Origin: Lingula anatina
Lineage: Eukaryota > Animalia > Brachiopoda
Direction: 5' to 3'
NCBI GenBank assembly: GCA_051362555.1
Contig: CM120641.1
Span: 8,370,001 to 8,434,000, forward strand
DNA length: 64,000 bases
The translations under genes and the position numbers were made by a program. This document shows, one piece after another, positions 40,501 through 53,940 of the stretch (its first letter is position 1; each line of letters starts with the position of its first letter). A model generated the notes under the pieces. The model had not been told where the DNA came from and made no database searches. It worked only from the letters and a program-made list of their open reading frames with translations.

Positions 40501-43500
40501 TTCCCTTGTGAATACTTCATTTGTTTGCCTTTGCAAGGTGAAACTCATAAAATGACATGCATTGCCTTTCCTGTATTAATTGAAAATAGTGTGGAAAGTT
40601 TGCTTGATTTGAAATAGTATATTCTTGTATATGGTACAAAAAGGTGCAGCTCATTGACGAGATTTTCTGTGTTTTCCTTTCTTTTCTAGTTGATATTTTT
40701 TCATTGAAATCCCTCAGATAAGGGCATAAATCTTTCTTATGTGTTGTCTATCTTCATAGAGATATTGTAAAATTCTCGTTAAAGGCACCTGATGAATGTT
40801 TTCTAGGATAAATTGAGCTCTTAATATAAATATTTGAACTTCTGGAAAGTATGTATTATGGATTTGTGTAGTGCAGCTGTTCCTATGAACATGTTTCAGC
40901 TTTAAAGAGCAACAAGTTCACTGCCTCAGTTGTCATGTAACATTTACTTTAAAAAGTTTTTAGGTACAAGCACATTGTGTCTGTACATACAACCATCACC
41001 TGTGTGTTGTTGATGCCGTGCACTTTTCCCATTAAAGCAATTTTGGGAAACCATGTGACTTATTATCCTCAACCCTACTAGATTGATTTATGGCAAAAAA
41101 ATATAAGGTCAAGTATAGGTCAAATTCAACTAGTTAGCAGCTTTATTGGATTATTTTTCTTATTATGTAATATTGCATCAAAGTTGGCAAAAACTATTTT
41201 GTGCACTGCCCCCTATGAACAGTATTTAAAAAATGTACCGTATTACTTATTATTCTCTAACTTACAAGAATGATTCCTAGGACTAGCTTGATTAAAATAT
41301 TTTTCTTGGAGTTTTGCCTTTTTTCACATATTAACAATTTCAGTGTGTGACTTTGAAATATCATTGGCCTAACACCCATTGTTATTTACAATTTCTTAAT
41401 GTCCATGTGATCTGTAGCACATAATTAGAAATTGATGGTGCTTATTCTGGTAAACCTTATGTGATATTGCATCAAATTAAAAAAAAACTATATTGCAGAT
41501 GAATCTTTTTTAATTCAAGGGAATTTCCTCATACTTGCATTAGCATCATCATTTTTTGTGCTTTGTTCCTGTGCACTTTTCAGCTTTGCTGTCTTAAATG
41601 TTCACAAAAGGAGAAGCAATTAAAACTGAGCTCAAGAGTTTATCCACGCAAAAAAAGCTATAGTTCACAAGAAAAGTGCATGGCAAATATAGGCACAGTC
41701 TGACTATATTACTACTTCATTTTGTTGAAGAGTTTAAATTTGTTTTTCTGTTGCATGTAACAATTTTAACTAGTGACTAAACTTATGAAATCTTTTTCAG
41801 TTACTTAAAAAATTCTCATATAGTTGTACATTTTGTTCTATCATTTGCCATTAAGTTTGCAGTTAACTTTTTACAACATGTCTGACACATCACATTATTC
41901 CTTTTTCAAGACAGTCAGTCAGATAGGCATAAACTGCAAACAGATCTCAGACCATAAACGTTGAAAGGTGCAATGTGTATTAAAATATTCTCCCTCGAAA
42001 AAAACTCCTGGATTTTGGCACATTGACAATAAACGAGGTATAGGCTACATAATCAGGATCATAAGTGCATGTAGATTCAGATATACTTTTTGTATTAATT
42101 ATCACATCTTGGAGTTGTACATCACATAAACATCTTCGAGATACACAGTCTGGCATGTGTAAATGGTGACCGTGTGTGCATGTGAATGCTACACAGTGTT
42201 CCTGACTTTACTTCCAAAGCACCCCTATTTTCTGTTATACCTGTGCCGTTTCCAGTTGCTTCTAGAAATTAAAGTGGTAAATGCTTTTCTAGAAAACATA
42301 TTATTCCAACTCTGTAATGCAAAAAGTATGTTGATATAATGGGGGTGGATGTACTAGTAAGTTACATGTTCTTGCTGTTGAAACTCAGGCAACCCTATTT
42401 TCTGTTATACCTGTGCCGTTTCCAGTTGCTTTTAGAAATTAAAGTGGTAAATGCTTTTCTAGAAAACATATTATTCCAACTCTGTAATGCAAAAAGTATG
42501 TTGATATAATGGGGGTGGATGTACTAGTAAGTTACATGTTCTTGCTGTTGAAACTCGGGGTGGTAGGTACTATCAGGAATGTTGATAGCTGTACGCTTTA
42601 AGTCTTGTTTTCTAGTATAATATTCAACTACTATCCATGAGCTCCATTTGTTATCATTTTAGAAGTAATTTATTAGAAGAATTGTGCTGTCATCCGTCAC
42701 CACTCTTAGAGAGCGTGCCCTGCATTGCCTTACAGCATTGCCTTACAGGCAATGCATGTCACTTATTTAGTAACAGCAATATGCCATCAGCCCAATATGA
42801 CCTCTGGGTACAAGCAATGTTTTAACTAAAAGGATGCTATGCATAACTCTCAATGTAATCCATAACTCACAATAATGAGTAATCATGTGCCCTTTAACAT
42901 ACATAACATTAATTCAAATATTAAAACCATAAGCAAATTTAAGTAAATTGCTGGTTATTTTCGTTTAAACAAAAAGGCATCAAGGTGACACCATTTTTTC
43001 AGACTTACAAAAACATTAGATCAAAGGATCAATTGTGTAAACTGTATGAAGACATTGCAATAAAATTGATTGCTTTATTTTAATTGGCAGGAGAGTAACT
43101 GATGTATTTTTTATGTGTGTATCTATCTGGGTATATTGTCTATGGTATTTACTGTATTGATTATAGAAAATGAACAAGTAACATGCCTTCGTAATTATAT
43201 GTGATGCTTCTTGTTTGCAAGAGGAGTTTTCTGTGTGTAATTTTCAACTAAATTTCGCTCACTTTGTGATATCTAATGAAAGCTTGATGAGTTGATTTTG
43301 GAGAAAAATCTGAGCACGAGCTTTTCATCTCTTTGAAAGATATCCAGGGACACCAAATCAATGCTGTTTTTATAACAAGTGACCTCAGTAAGAAGGATCA
43401 AAAGATGTAAAAGCTTTTCAAATGATACAGATTGGGAATGATTTTTGCAGGATAGGCCAGGTACTTTATGTAATGGATTTGGTAGCATTTATCATTTTTT

Positions 43501-43781
43501 ATTCTACCTCATGTCAGGCCTGTCATTTAAACTGAAAGCTGGGATTAAGATAGCACATTTTTCATATTGCCTTAAAGTAAACCTAAATGCCAAGATGAAG
43601 CTGGTTGATTCTAATTTTGCATCATTGAAAAGGTAGTTTGAGCAAATATACTTTAAATAAACTTTGTCTAACTATCTGAAAGAATTTCAATATTTTCACA
43701 AGAAAAATGGTTAACTGGACTTGAGAGGGCATCATTGCATGGCTGTATAGTAGACTTCAAGCCATTCCTGATATAAGATCA

Positions 43782-43836
<55 letters not shown>

Positions 43837-46800
43837 GTGGATGGGGTTTATATATGTACATAAAGATTATTTTACTCCTATTTCATTCAACTGTCAATAA
43901 TTCCTAATCAATGTATAATCAAAAGGTGGCGTGACCTGTACCACTAGCTAGCTGTTCTCATCTGATCAACTGTGAGAAGAAATCAAAGACTATTGAATGG
44001 CATCTGGTTGTGCTTTATAGATTATTGATATATTTGTTCTCTCTGACCTCTCATAAGATACAGCCCCCTAACTGTTAGTTTTGATTATACACTAGCATGT
44101 GCTGTTTTTTGCATTATTGTTAGAAGATTTAGGATGGTGTATTATTCTTGAAGCATTTTTCAATTTTAAAATCATAGGTTTGGACATGAATAGGATTTGT
44201 TGAAGTGAATTACACCAAAAACAGGCAAATATAACAAAGTTTATAATTACCTGGCTTCAGCAGAGATTCCATGCTGGTATGCCACCTTGTACAGTTGAGG
44301 TAAAATTTAGTTTGGATATCTTCCACAGCATGTCATGTGTGGCCTCAGATATTGAGAATAGAACAAAAATTAAGTAAAACTAGAAAAGCACTCAGAGAGC
44401 CCAGACCTCTGACAAGTGCAGACGGTCAGGGCCCCATATCTCGAAAGTGTCGCGTATTACGAATAGCTATATCAAATAGAGGCTACAATGTATTATATGG
44501 GACGAGTATGGGCAAGTTATGGAATCGAGACACTTGCGCACGGCCGCAATGCGCGATGCTTTCAAGATATGGGGCCCAGGTCATGCACAGTTTGTAAATA
44601 ATGTTTGTGATGTATACTATAGGTCACGACTTCTTATTATTGCTTGTGTAGCTTTGGTGCAGAGCTTGTTTCAGTGGTTATCCATATCACCCCAAAACTA
44701 ATCATTTTTCCTTGGCCCATTTGTGGCCTTTCCTGAAATTTTTATCAAAATCCGTCTACAACTTTTTGCAAATGCTGTCAACAGACAAACAAACAAACAA
44801 ACATAACCAGAAACAACTTTCTTGTCAGAGGTTGTGGACACTACCAGGAGTCATTGAAATATATGTTGACTTTATGCATTTGTCTATGATTCAGACAGTG
44901 ATGAAAGTACAGGAAAAGCTAGCAGTCACTGGAAGTGTCTGTTATTTGTTAGCTTGTGATGTTTTCATCGAAACAAGATTTCAAAGCATAAGCCTAAATC
45001 AGTATGAGACTGTTGCCCATTACATTTGACCAGCTGACATTTCAAGCAAATTCAAACATCATTCCCCCCCCCCAAATTATTTATTTGGTTGCCAGTGGTT
45101 TGTTTGTTTGAGTCTGCCCTAGTAGCTATAGTATATGCCTTGTCAGTCAATGGAATTTCCAAAATTCAAGGAAGTGTCAAATTTCCAGAAGCTACATTAA
45201 CTCTGTTAATAGAACTTTGTACAGTTCAACCTTCCTTAGACCATATATGCCATTGCCAATTTGTCATTGCTTATTTCAAGTAGCAATTATGTAAATGTAT
45301 TATTATATGCTGTAAAATCAGAGAGTGGCACTATATCATGGCTTTATTTGTATTGGCTGCTTGAAAATCCTAATTGATTGAAGAATAATTAAGAATTCTT
45401 CTAATACTTATGAAAGTAGCTCATATTGATGGTTTCTGAGTTGTGTGAGGGGGATTATTTAAAGTGATGCATAAAAAGCTTTCTTTGAGTAATTGTTTCA
45501 GTCCTTATAGTGAGACGTTTTGAATAATTAATTTAGGGGCTATAAATTGTGTTTCCTGATATTGATACTTGCTTTTCACCCAAACCCAATTTAGAGGAGC
45601 AAATAAAGTCACAGGTACGCTTTTCGGGCACAGATTAGAAACTATGTTTGATAGTTTTTGGGTCCCACAAAGACCGTGATAGAAATAATATATATATATA
45701 TATATATATGTTTTAATTATTGAATACAACTTTGAATCCATTCAATTTTAATTTACTTGTGACATTGTGAAATGCACCTCTATATTGGGTTTGGGTGTTT
45801 TGTACTGTAGCATAATATTGAATCAGCATAATTAATGGTTTGCACAATATTTATTACACAAGTCCTTTGGTAAAATATGATATGTCTATTATTAGATATA
45901 TAGATAACTTTTTTATCAGTTTTACATTAGCTCATGATTTTATGTGTTGTTTGGTGTTTTTACTTATATATAATTTTGTTGATATGTCCATTTACTGAAA
46001 ACAGATTTCTATTATTGTTTATTCCTTTAAAAAAAATCAGTTTGATTAACAGTTTGGTCATAAAGTCATTTTGGATTTAAATAAAGTATTAATCTAAGAT
46101 ATATTAAGTGTTGCAACAAACTCCAGTCCATAATAAATCAAATTATGGCACTAGACACTGACAGCAACTAATCATGATAGATGGAAAATTTGATTTATAC
46201 AAACACCTCGCACTTGATATGTTCAATAATGTTTTATATTCAGAAAAGGGTATTTGTAAGAGGCTAGTAGGCTGTTGTCATATCAAGATGAAAGCCTTTG
46301 TCTTATTACACCATGGAGAACTTATTTAACATTGCAAACATTTCCAGTTCATCACCTGACTGAATCTGTGAAAGTCTGCTTTTTTTTCTTTTTTGACATG
46401 CTGGTTTATTTGAGTGTTTTTTTTTTTTTCTGCATCTTGCACATTTATGTGTGTGTGTGATTGAATAACATGTCATATTTACCTCTGCTCATTAATGCAG
46501 AGAGCATCACATGCTGGTATTGATAAATTTTTATTATCTGGATTTAAACTGATCTGAGCACATGTAGTCTTGTAGTCCTAATCTGAAACCTCTATGTATT
46601 CAGAAAATAAAGAAAAATTATTTAAAAAAAAGAAAGTGGCAGATATAACTCTTGAAAAATATCCTTGAAATCTGTAAATTTGGCAAATTAGGCTCATTTT
46701 ATAATACAGATGCTGATTTTGGTTGATAACTCAAATTCATCTCTATGCAAAATATAGTAAATAGAGAGAAAATCAATGTGGCCTGCATTGATTTGCATAT

Positions 46801-49800
46801 ATATAGGCCCCAGTTAAATACAAAATCAACATGTTGCTTGTTGATTTCACATTATTGGGCTCTCAAACTCTTTTGGGCCATGGCAGAAATTATTAAAATA
46901 TTTACAAATAAAATTATTTGGATCTTTTTTTGAACTTGACCAATCTCCTGTTTTAAAATAGGTTTTCAGTCAGCATTTCTATCAGACTGAATATTGCATG
47001 TTACCTAATAGGGGAAATTATTCAGAGTATGTACTGTATTTTTATTTTTGGCAAAAAATATAAATTCAGGTATCAACCCAGATTTTCTGTATTGTTTGAA
47101 GTATTGTAAATTTTAACTTATTCTTCCAGTGTTACTACTGATCTAAACTAATGAATTACTTGGCAAACAACTTGTGTACAGTTATTGGTTTTGTTACTAA
47201 TTTGTTTCACTGGGAAAAGATCTCTATAGATAGACACGCTTTGATTTTTTTTTTTTTTTTTTTTTTTTGACTGATTGAAGAAGGACCACAAAAAAGATTA
47301 GTCATTAGTAATGTCTGAAATGTGGAAGCAAATGTCATTTCTCAAGAATACAACATAATGTTGCTAAAAAAAGGATGCATTAATGCAAAGTAAATATCCT
47401 TGGGGAGAAGAGGGGGTAGCCCAAAATGGTCTAGTAGGGATTTATTCACATGAAAATCAACAGAAATATATAATTTATATACAGTATGAAGATTTACAGA
47501 CTATGACCCATTAAAATGACTTAGAAAATGGATTGATTTACTTAATGCTCAGAATTGGTTTTATACTTTAATTATTCCTTCGAATGTAGCATTTTCCCTA
47601 TCTATCTCATGCTCTTGAGATTACATGTTTTTCATCAAAACAAGTATTTTAATATTTCCTGTAACTGGTCACCCCTTATTACTAGGGTAGTAAGCTCCTG
47701 GGTCTGTCAGCAAACATAATGATTTATCATTTGAAGTATTTTTGAAAATGTTCCCTGTGCAATTGCCTACTCTACTTCAGCTGACAAGTACATGGAAAAT
47801 GAATATACCAAAAGCTATTCTACAACAGAGAAATGAAATTGGATGTTGGAGGTTGTGCGATCCCTCCTGAATCCCTAATACCAAGAGCATTAATGAGTGA
47901 TGGGCTGGATTTTGGAAACATGATGGAGAATAAGTTGCACAATTAAGGTGCACAGTAAATTAATGTCCTTTGATGTTTTTAACTGTACATAAACTTATTA
48001 TTTCATGTAAAGTCTGTTAAATGTGAACTGTCTGATGATGGTTCTTTCACTCGTTTCCATTATTTTTTCTTCTGCATTATGGCACAACTATTAATTAGAA
48101 ATATTGCAGTGGACTCTATTTCGTGCCACAGAACTAGGACAGTGTTAGCAATTTGGTGACTTCTTAGCCATCTGAACCTTTCTTAGCCTTACCCAGAAAG
48201 GTTCAGATGCACAGCAAGAAGTTACTCTTTGACTTCAGTTTTCACATTTTCAAACAGTTTTGGAGACATTTTTTAAAGAAAAGGAAATATTTTTCATCCA
48301 AAAAAATTTGATTCTCCTTTTCAGAATAAAATTTGGATTCAGAAAATAGCTTAGGATAAATATCTCTCTGCACTGTTACAAATTGCATGCCAGTTATCAG
48401 ATATGTTTCACTGGTTTCGTCTTTGGTTTTGTCTTTGGTTTTGTCTTTTCAAACAGGAATTATAAGGTATATTATAATGGTTTGACAAATGATTAAGATA
48501 CTTTCGTCAAATTTTTCAGATAGTAACTTTGTCTTGGGAAATGCCCAGGCCATCAACTATCCAATTGTCTACTGTTCAGATGGATTCTGCGAACTTACTT
48601 GCTTCTCCCGGGCACAGGTCATGTCAAAAAGTTGTGCCTGTAAGTTTTTGTACGGCCCAGAGAGCAAAGAGGAGAAAAAAATGGAAATCGACATGGCCTT
48701 GGAAAATCACAAGGAACTTAAAACAGAAGTATTGTTTTACAAGAAAAATGGTAAGTACTGTATTGCCCATTATGACAAGTATTATAGTTGCAGTTTTTCA
48801 ATTTTTTTCAGAATTTTGAAATAGGTCATATCTGCTGAGAGAAGTAGTTTTTGACATGCAGGTGGTTTTGGATGATACTTAATTCAGAAGTTATTACAAA
48901 ATTATTTCTCCTTTTTACATCAGCTCTGTGAGAATCAAACGTGTATGATAGCCATGCAGGTTTCACATTAAGTTGATATTTGAATAAATTATTTATAATG
49001 CTTTTAAGTACACCAGAGATTACAAAGCTATCAATTCCAAAATTGACGCCAGTGAAATACACAAATTTATATAAATAATTCAGTCTTGTAGAGGATGTTG
49101 ACCTTGAATTAGAACAAAACCATAACCAAACTGTTTGTTTTTTGGTAATGTCTGATAGTGATTATATAATTATTTATTCTTAGTCTTTTAAATTGGTTCA
49201 GTTATGAAATAAAAATGAAGTCAGTGGAATGGACAGCTTTTTATGTACAGACAGAAATATCTGCACATATTGCCATCCCCTGCATCCTTATATATACATA
49301 TATATATGCTTGCCATGTTTTGACAATTTCTTGTTACTACAGTGACTGAGAAGTGACATGTTGCTATTTTGCTTCAAAATCACAGTGATTATTCATTGTC
49401 ATTGAACAATTTGGTACACATGGTAGACATGGTTTTAGTTCGGACCATTAGCGTCCACCGGCTCTGTTGGCTCCGCCAGCTCTGTTGCCACTTCTTTGTT
49501 ACTGCTTCTCCTCCTAGAATACAAGAGACCTTTTATCCATCTCTGGTATGTAGGTCACATATAATCTCAACTTGATCTATGTGAAATTTGGGCTTTGTCG
49601 GTACTTGGGTCTAGGTGTGGTGCTCGTCACAATGCACCCTTGTCCAAAATTGGCAAAATTAAATGCTAAATATCTACCAAACCGAAGGAATTATGGGAAA
49701 AATATTTATAGATGCCTGACCGAAAGTCATATGTGGAGGTTTCAAATATTTCCTTGAATTTGACCTTTGACCTTTATTTCCGGGTGAAAGGGGCTAAAAT

Positions 49801-52800
49801 GTTCTTAAATTGAGAATTTTTTGCAAAAAAAAAAAAAATATATATATATATATATATTTGTGCCGATTTTCAGAAACTACACAGACCTAACCTATAATTG
49901 GCAGGTGTTACCATTAGGGTCCTTTTTCATCTCCGTGAGTTTGGGGTCAATCAGTGCATTTTCACAGGAGCAGCGACCACTAGATGCCGAAACTGGAAAC
50001 TCTCTCTAATTCTGGAACCGTTAATGCTAGAAACCTCTTGTTTTTTTTTTTTATTTGATAGAGCATGTCAAGCCCAACACTGGAGGTGGTGTCTGTTTTT
50101 TTTTTTTTTTTCTTTTTTAATTTCCCGTACGGTTTAAGAGTTACGCTGAATCAAAAAGTACATTGTGGTGGTGAAAATACAATGTGCATTACAGTAATAT
50201 GCATAAAATTTTGAATGTTAAAATGACCTTGTGTTTTGTGCAGTCTCCTCTGATAACCATCAGCACAGCATAGGTAGCAGTGCCTGTAATTTCGAGTAAG
50301 TATTAACTGTTTGTCTAGATTAAGAACATTTTGGAAATGAGAAAAATGTAATGGTGAAGTTTATCTTGTTCTAATCCCACTCAGGCCATTTACAGTGCAC
50401 AGAACGTGTAAGATTTTTGATATAATCAGTTGTCTAACCCCTCCATTAGTCATATTCATTGATGGAATTTGGGTCATTTATTAATTCCCAAGTGAACTGC
50501 CTGCCAATTTGGAGTGATGTCAGGATGTGGATAAAACTTCCAAAATCTATCATCTAAATTGACTGTTGTTCTAATGAATTTTCATGAGTTAAAATATTAA
50601 TGCATATAATTTAAACAACATGCATGCAGTGGTAACTTGTGAGAATAATATGAATTTAATAACATTACTGGAATATACAAATGATGCAATCCAATGATTG
50701 AGATTCTGTTCATTCTATCACATGTTTTTGAAATCTTTCACAAAGAAATTAAACATACAGTTGTCTGATTTTGATTTCCTTTGGGAATGTTCCTCTGTGG
50801 CTGAAATCACTTTTGGAGTTGGAAATTCTATTTATCATAATAATACAGAAATTTTGTGATGGAAATTGAGCATTGGTTTCTCTGAATGTTGTTTTCACAG
50901 TAATGAGATAGACCTGTGAATTACCTTGAGCATACTAGATCATTCATTACATCATCATATATCCAATATCAATCAGAGGAAACATGTTTTATAGTAAGGG
51001 GAAGCAAGATTTCATATGTAATGAATTTTTAGAATTGAAGGATTAAGTTAAAATGACAAGTTTCCTGGTTTACATGCTTTATCTATTCCACGTACATGTG
51101 CTTCTGCCAGATGTTGGATAATTAGATTTATACCTTAATCAGAGGTCAGAAGGAATGTACATGATTAAGGTTGGGCTGAACATCAGTGATGGGAATTATC
51201 CACAGATCTGCAAACTGATTAGTTTTTTGCCTTGGCAGGAGTCATTTTTCTAAATAGTGTCAATTGATCCAAATCAAGCACCACACTGGTTTATTTATCA
51301 GCCTATTTTTCAGTCATGTCTTTCTCATCTTAGATACATGTTTTTTTGTGCAGGAAAATATGTAAAATCAGTTGAGCTCATGGTGCATGGCAAAGGTTTT
51401 TTCAAGGTACATATATACCCCTTGGTGCTCTTTTATCAGAAAACCATGGATAAATGGAAAAGTATCAAACTCTGAGTTGCAGAGTCGAAGAGAATCTTAC
51501 CTCTATAACCTGCTCACCATTTCTAGTTACTGAACCAAAGCAAAAAGTGTATACAGGGTGAAAACATGGGATGCTGTAGTTTTAACATAATTTTACTCTC
51601 TGAGGCTTTTACATTTATAGAAAACACCAAATCCATGAAATTTGGGTATTTTTTTTTCGTGAAAAAGACAAAAAAGAATAGATAAATGTTTTCAGTGTGC
51701 ATTAATTCATTCTCAATAATCAGTTAAATATCATAAAGTATGCAGAAAAATTGTAACAAACAAAAGTTACTCACTTCACATTGATCATCAAACCTATTGA
51801 TTTTTAAGTACTATTTGAATGATTGTCATTGAAGTACTGCTAATTGTGTTAGTGATGCATTGTGACTTGTGCCATTGACATTTACCAAAAAAAGTTACTC
51901 TTGATGATTGTCTTCACAAAGACCATGCAGGGATAAATGGACACCTATTGCATCCTGGCCTTGAATTATTTATGGACATTGACTTTTTATCGGCAAGGAA
52001 AGAGATATTATCTCATCATATTATACTGGAAAAATATGTAAAGGAAAAAAATGTTGTGGATTTTATCATTGCAAGGATGTCTGAATGCAAAAAAAAAAAA
52101 AAAAAAAACTCATTGGTAAATTCTTCTTATCTTAACAATGGCTGACATATACCAATACAGGCAGCTCATTGTCAAATCAAAAATCAATTAAAATATATTA
52201 CATGCAATAATAAATGCAAATCAAGCACAGCAAAAGACTGAAAAGTATACAATTGTAAAATCACTTGTCTTCTATGTTTGTCTAAAATCATGCAAAAGTA
52301 TTCTTTTATTTTATTGCTAAATTTACAGAGAAAACATTTAAAATATTACCCTTTTCATAATCTTTTCTTTATTTTAGGAACTCCTTTTTGGTGCTTACTG
52401 GATATTGTCCCTATCAAAAATGAAAAGGGTGAAGTGGTGCTTTTCTTATGTTCACACAAGGACATCACGAAAGAGAAGGTCATATCCATGGACACTGATG
52501 CAGGTAAGGTTCCACTTGTCCAGTCTTATAAAAAAATATAATTGTCATCCATGGTCTGTCACAGAGATGAAATTTTCAAAAAGAAATCACTTTGATTTGA
52601 GGTGTTATGATATCTGTAAATTACTAGGAAGGATAAAATCCAGTAATTTTTTTTTTCTTCAAACTATTGGTAATCCCAGAAGTGAAGATATTTGATGAAT
52701 TACATCAGTACAGTCTAATATGCAACAATCGATATTCTTGTTGCCATGTATTAATTAATTGTTAATTCTTAAATAATATGTTATTTGATTAATCTGTCTT

Positions 52801-53882
52801 TTGCAATGGATTAATTGACTTAGTTTTAATTTGTAATTAGTCATGAGGGGTTTCCTTTTAGTAAAAGTGACCTGTTTCGATCATATTACAAACCTTTATC
52901 TGTTAAATGCCTTGTCTTTTGTATCCATTTTAATGTATGTTGTGTGGGAGGATATAGAAGACATAAATGTCATATAAGCCTTGGAGACCTACTGCAGCAA
53001 TTTTGTACTGTAAAACATTGAATAATTATTACTCAAACATACATACCATAATATCTGACATGCAGTTGAGTGAGTGAGGGAATGAACAAGTGAAAATTGT
53101 TTGAAGGAGGAAATCAGGCCAGGTAACAGGTTATATATTTTCATGGAGGTACTTAATATTAACACAGCTTGCTATCCTAGAGTTGGTGGGAAGGCAAATG
53201 TGTGAATGTGTGGGTGAGTGAATGGGTGAGTGAATAAGAGGAAGCATACCTGTCAACATTGACAAATGCCAGAGGGAGATTTCTTCACATCCCCTTACAT
53301 TTCTCACGTATATAGTGCATGTTATACATAATAGAAAAAATATAAAATAGGACTTATAATGCAAGGAATTTCATGCAAATCAGCGACCATCATCACAGAC
53401 TAAAGAATCTTGTTGTGCTTGGCTGCAGAAATAGTGAACTTCGACTCTACATAATTCAGCATGAATGTGGCCAAAGACTACATGTTACCTTTTTTATGTA
53501 CAGACACAGATGTGTCTGTACATATTGCCATCACCTGCGTCTGTCGCCGTCGCCGCCATGCACTTTCCTTGTAAACACGATAAGTGGAAGACAGTTTTAC
53601 TTTTTGGCTTTATATTTACAGAGTTGATGAATATTCATAAAACGCAGGTGAAGTTTGAAAATCAGCATGATCGGGCCATTTTTGTAGAAGTTATGCTGTT
53701 TTTTCACTTGTTTCTTTTTAAATTTTTCATTTTTCAAACTGGCATTTTCAAGATGTGACTTATCATTCCCATCCACCAGGAGCCCTGTACTGTTACTTTG
53801 TAACATTTTCTGTATTTTTTTTAACTTACAAGAATGATTCTTAGAATTGACATACAGCCCAAATAAGAAAAACAGCTCTATT

Positions 53883-53940
<58 letters not shown>

